DNA from: Zootoca vivipara
Lineage: Eukaryota
DNA length: 64,000 nt
Assembly: GCF_963506605.1 (NCBI RefSeq)
Contig: NC_083288.1
Coordinates: forward strand, 29,884,001 to 29,948,000
Direction of reading: 5' to 3'
Shown: piece after piece, positions 59,501 to 64,000 of the stretch
How the letters are laid out: each line of letters starts with the position of its first letter
Numbering within the stretch: the stretch's first letter is position 1
Notes under the pieces: generated by a model
What the model was told of the DNA's origin: nothing
Seen by the model: only the letters and a program-made list of their open reading frames with translations
The model's database searches: none
Program-made: the position numbers and the translations under genes

Positions 59501-60454
59501 AATAAGGCAATAGGAATGCTCATGTGTATAATTAATTCTATTTTTCCCCAGGTTAAATAATAAGAAGAATTTATGGACAGAAGTATTGAATATTGCACAA
59601 AAAGTATGGGCTATGATATTCCAAGAAACCCTAAAATAACTCTCCTTATTCGTACTTAAGACGTGTAAAAAGGATACTTAGCAAGCGGGCTAGGGCCATT
59701 ACCTTAACAAAGAGATTGGTCTGACCATTTCAGCAGTTCCATCTCCTACAAACTCCAATCTTAGAGATACAAAATCAGGTGTGTTATCACTGTGGTGGTA
59801 ATCATTAATCTGAAGCCATTCTTATACATGTTGCCTCTCAAAAAGGAAATTTGGCATTGTGTTTTCTAGTGCTTTGTGGGAGAACAGCATGAATCTTCAG
59901 CCTAACCTTCCAATTCAAAATTTTAAAGAAACACAAAATAGAAAAGGGTTGCTAATCCTCCTCTTCATCATCATCATCATCATCATTACGGTATTATTCA
60001 AGCACTTGAAAGACTTCACTAACACAAGGTGACACTTTTGATGGCAGTTCCTTGAGTGTTGACTGATGTTATTCCTTTTTTAGGAGCATAACAAAAATAT
60101 CTACAAGGTGGCTTCTGTGACAGAGCACTGGTTTTCTCTTGCAGAGAAAATCATTGTACCACCTTAGCCCTTTGCATTTGGTTTACTAATTAATATACTG
60201 CAACATAATATGAGAAAAACATATAGCATTGCTGTATTCAGGTTTGTTTGTTTGTTTTAAATAAAAATAGGAGCCGGTATGCTCTATGCTTCCACAACCC
60301 CTCCCCTCAACAGCTGCCGCTTGTCACCCTCCTGGTCCCTCCCTCTCCCCTTGTACCTTTGCAACTTCACCACTGCTTCCCATGGCTGCAGGCACAGCCA
60401 CCTGGAGGTGATTTAGCACAATCCTTATGATCGCCAAAGCACCTTTCAGGAACT

Positions 60455-60728
60455 GAAAGGACTGAAATAAATAAAAGAGGAGAGAGTGGAAACCCTTGCC
60501 TGGTTCCTTTTTCTATTCTTATTTCCTCTGATACCACGTTATTTACAATAAGCTTAGCTTTTTGTTCCAAATAAATTGCATTAATACCATTAAAATAATT
60601 CTGACCAACTTCAATATTTTGCAAATTCAACTTCATAAAACTCCAAGAAACATTATCGAAGGCTTTCTCTGCATCAGTAAACATCATAATAGCTTTGCTA
60701 GCCCTTTTTTATTCTACCAAGGGTATTC
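60455..60728 (-). mobile_element. L1 reverse transcriptase fragment
   Basis: DAEKAFDNVSW...GTRQGFPLSPLLF. Confidence 0.88.
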
Positions 60729-61057
60729 TGTTAAAGGAATCCAGGACCTGGATCCTGTCTGAAGTCCGCTTGTGGGGCTAGGGCCATGCCAGGCCTCTGG
60801 GAACACTGAGGAGAGCTACAGGCGGGTTCCCCCAATGTGGCTTCCTCTTTGGGTGGTTTACCCTTACTGACTTCCTGCAAAGGGGGCAGGAGTCCGGTAA
60901 AGTCCTTTGCCTAAGCCAATATTGCTCACATTTCTGTAATCAATAAAGTTGTGGACTAAAACTTTATTAGGGGGGGGGGGCGGAGGAGATGCTGCTGGTT
61001 GTTCCCCACTAACCCCGTGCATGAAAGCAGGCAGGTTTTTGCAAATGGGGTTGGCGG
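60729..61057 (+). mobile_element. LTR-like segment abutting the ERV
   Basis: Starts TGTTAA at the L1 break and contains CTGTAATCAATAAAGTTGTGG. Confidence 0.45.
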
Positions 61058-64000
61058 TGTTATAAGAATTTTGAGGTCATATCTATATATATATAATAAT
61101 GGTTCATAAAACATGTACATGAATGTACAGAAACATGTCTGAAGCAGCACAGGAAGACAGGCCTTTCTGACACCATTTTGACTCTCTCTGACCAGGTGTT
61201 CCTCTGCAAGGAAGAAGGGGGGTGGGGGGAACCTTCTCATTGTCTCAGGAATTAAAGTGATAATCCCTGGCATCCTGATACCTGACTGCCAGACAAAAGG
61301 GTGTGATTAACTTGGCTGGGAAACAGGGAAATGTAAATATCTCTCAATTTTGTTGATTAGGTTTTGGGGGCAGGGGGCAGGGTCCAGGATGCTCAGATTA
61401 CTGCCACCAGACCTCCCCTTTCATGATGTACCTATGATGAATCTAGGGAGAGGGGTCTTGGGCTACACCCCTTCTGTGACATATGGATGATGCTTCTGGG
61501 GGGTGGGCTGAAACGAATTTCAAATTTCTTTTTAAGGGCAAGACATCTTTGTTTGGGGTTCCTTCCTTGTTCTCCTGTGTGAGAGGAAGGACCCTGTTGC
61601 AACAGCAAAAATAAAAGTGCCTTGCTTCGTACGTCCTGGTTTGGTCTCTGTCATTTGGTGGGCAGGAGACGCTTAAATTCGTCTGCTTGCCTGGATCCTT
61701 GAGCTCTCCCTGGGTCAAGATCCATTTCTCTGGGTTCATAGGAACCAGCTTAAATTTTACAACAATTTGGCGACCACTTCGGGGACCCAGTTTTGCCTTG
61801 AGCTCCGGGTTCACTGAGGAAGGGGAGCCCAGCGCGCCCTTGCCTCTTTTGCAGGGGGGTAAACCAACCTCAGGACCCGAGGCACTTGGTAGTAATTGAG
61901 AGTCCAAGCGGGACCCCCAGGACGAAGCAACGTTTAAAGGGACAAGGCTGTTTTTCTTCAGGAACCAGTTGGAAGCTGGAGACAACGGGATTCGACTGAA
62001 AGGATCGGTCGTGAGTATTAAAAGGGGACACTTTGGGTGAGCTAAGAACCACAGCAACTAAAAATCTATTTCTCCGCTTGAACTATCCTTTTCTACTCTC
62101 CTCTTTGGACCTCAGTTGCAGCAAGGCTGCCAAGGCACGGGTATAAAGTAGAACTGAGGTGCAGGGCAACAGTCTTTACGTTAAACGCAGTGCTTAGAAA
62201 GACTGTCCCAGCTCCCTTCTGCCAAACTGAGCAGAAGTCTGAGCAAACTGTCGCCTTTTCTACCAATCTGGGAATCTGGCTATCCCAGCTCTGTTTCCTA
62301 TTCCTCTGCTCTTAATCTTCGGGTGAAGACGCCCCCCTGCCATGGCGACCCATTGTTGGGTATGACCCATGACCAGGGAACGCAAGTGCACCCGTTCTTT
62401 TCCAACCTTTTATTCCTCAGTTCCGACCTGGCATTGCATAGGCAAGCGTTCAGTAGGATCTGAGTTTAGTGTGTAAGAGGCAGGGAAGTTGCTGTGGAAC
62501 CCTCAGGCAATTGATGACCAGTGGGAGGGTTCCAATAGGGTTTTAGCTGCACCAGGCCGCCTAGTAGTTAGTGCACGCGAACGGCAGGCAGGAACACCAC
62601 TAGAACGTGGGGGTGAGTCATGGACTCGGGAAGTTAAGAGTGTCCAAGGAATAGGGTCGGGGACCCGAACTGCAGTATAAAAAGGCTTAAGTAAAATGGG
62701 TGCAACCCACTCTAAGGAATTCCTTTCCCAGACTCCCAACCGAGGCAAAGCACAGCTGAGGCTTGGCTCCGGTAAGGACTTTGAGGATGAAAGTCCACTC
62801 CAATTCGCTCTCTTAAATTGGCATAAAATCCCCGGGGCGGACAAGCTTGAAGGGAACCAATTGCAAAAACTTTGTAAGAAAAAAACATTGGGTCCGATTT
62901 ACTATGGACCACCCAGATGAGGGGAAATGGCTACCAGGAGGTTCCTTTAACATACAGTGAATCTCCGCTTTAAAATTAACCCTGGTGAACTCTGAATGAG
63001 AAAAGTTTTGTGAGGAATCCTACAAAGTATGTTATGGTATAAAATTATATATGTTTGCATGTTACATGTTTGTGTTGTCTGTTAAGTGTATGTGCGTCTG
63101 TTCCTTGTGTCTGCTATAGTTCATTGTTCCCCTTAAAGTAAATGAGAGATGTAATCCAGGTTTAGGAAATTAGGGGTTTGTGTTTAGAATTTGGCCATGA
63201 CACCCACAGACTGCCTTTTTTAAGCATGCATAGTTTAAAATAATATAATAATAATGCAAGCTTGCTTAAATAATCTTATGTAAGGGCTTGATCAACCCAA
63301 AACCATGGCAAATCTTTAAAAGAGTGGAGGTAGTGTGTAAAGGTTTGTTTTAAAGAGGCTGTAGAAGGCCATTTTTTCCTCTCCAAAAGTAAAAAAGAGG
63401 GAGCAGGATGAAGGAAAATAAAGAGTTGTAAGTTTGAAAATGCTTGCTCAATGCTTTGAAAATATTTTGAAACTTGAAAATGTTCACTTCATGAGGTGTG
63501 CAAATGTTTGTTATTGAGAGAGGCTCTAAAAGGGAGTCTTCCTCCAAGTGACTAGAGGAATATTGACTAAAGGAAAATTGAACAGCTATTCCTATAAAGG
63601 TGAATTGTTTGTCAAAAGTAGAGCTTCCATAGCCAGGAATTGTCTATCTGAGTCTAGTTTTAACTTCAATTGTGTTGGACAGAAGGGTTATTGTTGGGCT
63701 CCTAATATCAGTCTCTTAAGGAAAAAACTCATCTGCTAAAGGGTTCTGTATAAAGTTGGTATTTTCATTCAAATCTTGTGAATCCTGTATCTTAGAGGGT
63801 TAGACTAAATGACCTCAGGGTCCCTTCTAACCCCCATTTTAGAGCTATGTGAAAGGCAATGTGTCTGATGTGGTGATGGGTTGAAATTCAGCCCAGCTCT
63901 GCTTTCTGGCAAGGAAAGATTATTGGTTTTCAGAGTTGGAACAAGAGTGTAATTGTTGTTTTTATGGAGTGATTATATAAGTTTTTATCACTTTCTCTAT
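61058..64000 (+). mobile_element. Endogenous retrovirus (class I-like) 5' part: LTR 61058-61764, PBS, leader and gag remnant; right boundary not seen
   Basis: TGTTATAA...TTACAACA termini, AATAAA at about 61610 and PBS TGGCGACCAC... at 61768. Confidence 0.8.
62696..62955 (+). pseudogene. gag: Retroviral Gag matrix N-terminus, frameshifted
   Basis: Myristoylation-type start MGATHSK, then SPLQFALLNW...LQKLC. After a frameshift in the A run at about 62880 it reads HWVRF...KWLPGGSFN. Confidence 0.7.

Noticed and set aside
61443-62057. 204-aa minus-strand ORF
   Set aside because: It is antisense across the LTR/PBS/leader, has a non-ATG start and has no recognisable motif.

Overview
This is squamate reptile genomic DNA, most likely a lacertid-type lizard (inferred from the Sauria SINE variant, Squam3, BovB and young L2/CR1/L1 elements). 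It is an olfactory receptor cluster of the OR14-like family. There are five single-exon OR ORFs (7946-8899 -, 32606-33535 +, 43146-44123 +, 50756-51670 -, 56856-57845 -), one truncated OR paralogue, and a broken vomeronasal type-2 receptor (V2R) gene at the left edge. Much of the rest is transposable elements. These include a near full-length CR1 whose 5' end is a tandem array of 305-bp monomers, and an 18.5-kb nested retrotransposon stack. The stack is a decayed L1 with a 16-bp TSD, carrying an ORF-intact L2 inside its ORF1 and an intact full-length L1 of another lineage (18-bp TSD) inside its ORF2. Also present are RTE-BovB, a Penelope remnant, SINEs, hAT and Tc1/pogo-type MITEs, a non-autonomous Helitron and the 5' part of an ERV. 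There is one assembly gap (9117-9245). I cannot demonstrate a wholly new biological system from the sequence alone. The best candidates for something undescribed are the monomer-array promoters on CR1 and L2, the nested stack with two potentially active LINEs, and a 74-bp inverted repeat bracketing a putative OR promoter. All family assignments come from recalled motifs, not database searches.
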